A stretch of 62,783 bases of DNA, filler included, from Globobulimina sp. (Eukaryota), in the NCBI GenBank assembly GCA_003354225.1. It is 44 parts of 44 records of this genome, joined end to end, with 100 filler letters (N's around TTAATTAATTAA, not from the genome) between each part and the next. Parts side by side here need not be neighbours in the genome. Positions count along the whole stretch, not along the records: positions 61,456 to 62,783 come from PIVH01018570.1; 43 more parts are not named here. One strand, given 5' to 3'. The position numbers and the translations under genes were made by a program. Numbering within the stretch: the first letter of the stretch is position 1; each line of letters opens with the position of its first letter. Under the pieces are notes generated by a model. That model was not told the DNA's origin, did not search any database, and saw only the letters and a program-made list of their open reading frames with translations. Below, piece by piece: positions 62,379 through 62,783 of this stretch.

Positions 62379-62783
62379 TCATAGTCGTCGTAAATCTAAA
62401 CACATCAAACGTGAATGTTGAGCAATAATATTAGCACACACAGATATTAACAAATATGCACTCCTAACTTTTGCAACCACTTTGGAAGATTCTTGTAGCA
62501 CTTCATTGCGTTTCTGTACTTTATTTAAATGCTCTTCATACAAACCATCAATTTTGGAAACGGTTTCTTTTTGTTTTTCATCAATTCGTTGCTTTATGGA
62601 AACGAATATCTTCTCTAAATCACGTTTAACACTGGCCTTACTTTCATAAATATCATTTAATAATTCCTTCATTTGCGACAAACTTTGATCCATAAACTGT
62701 TGGCCCGATTGTATGGCTTCAATGGCGTCCTCTTCTTCTTTGCCAAGAAATAATAGTTTTACTTGTGATGTAGTTGCTGTTTG
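62379..62783 (-). CDS. Coiled-coil (B-box C-terminal-like) fragment
   Basis: DLEKIFVSIKQRIDEKQKETVSKID heptad pattern. Confidence 0.45.
   Translation of the reverse strand, partial: QTATTSQVKLLFLGKEEEDAIEAIQSGQQFMDQSLSQMKELLNDIYESKASVKRDLEKIFVSIKQRIDEKQKETVSKIDGLYEEHLNKVQKRNEVLQESSKVVAKVRSAYLLISVCANIIAQHSRLMCLDLRRL

Overview
This window is not one locus. It is 44 unrelated short contigs of 1330, 1329 and then 1328 bp, i.e. sorted by length, joined by artificial 100-bp spacers (N44-TTAATTAATTAA-N44, with stops in all six frames). Adjacency across spacers has no biological meaning, and most genes are cut at contig ends. Most contigs come from an AT-rich, gene-dense microbial eukaryote using the standard code with short (55-77 nt) GT-AG introns; a foraminiferan or other rhizarian is my inference, not demonstrated. 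Its genes include G-alpha, G-beta, an outer-arm dynein, sacsin, DNAJC25, a PH-CAMK kinase and a zinc-finger factor. Other contigs are foreign: an HK97-type phage head module, a Bacteroidetes-type secreted protein, an NCLDV-like gene pair, a virus-like Bcl-2/NADAR/F-box cassette, and three eukaryote/bacterium chimeras. The strongest hidden signals, mostly missed by the ORF track, are: (1) a spliced thioredoxin-fold ER protein with three in-frame UGA codons (G-U-G-U-U, PDI_e-type triple selenocysteine) and a candidate SECIS; (2) a spliced TM-globin-RGS fusion that could couple gas or redox sensing to G-protein signalling; (3) the Bcl-2 + NADAR + mini F-box cassette; (4) a divergent histone H3 fold preceded by an acidic region. 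All family assignments are by eye from motifs; no searches were run.
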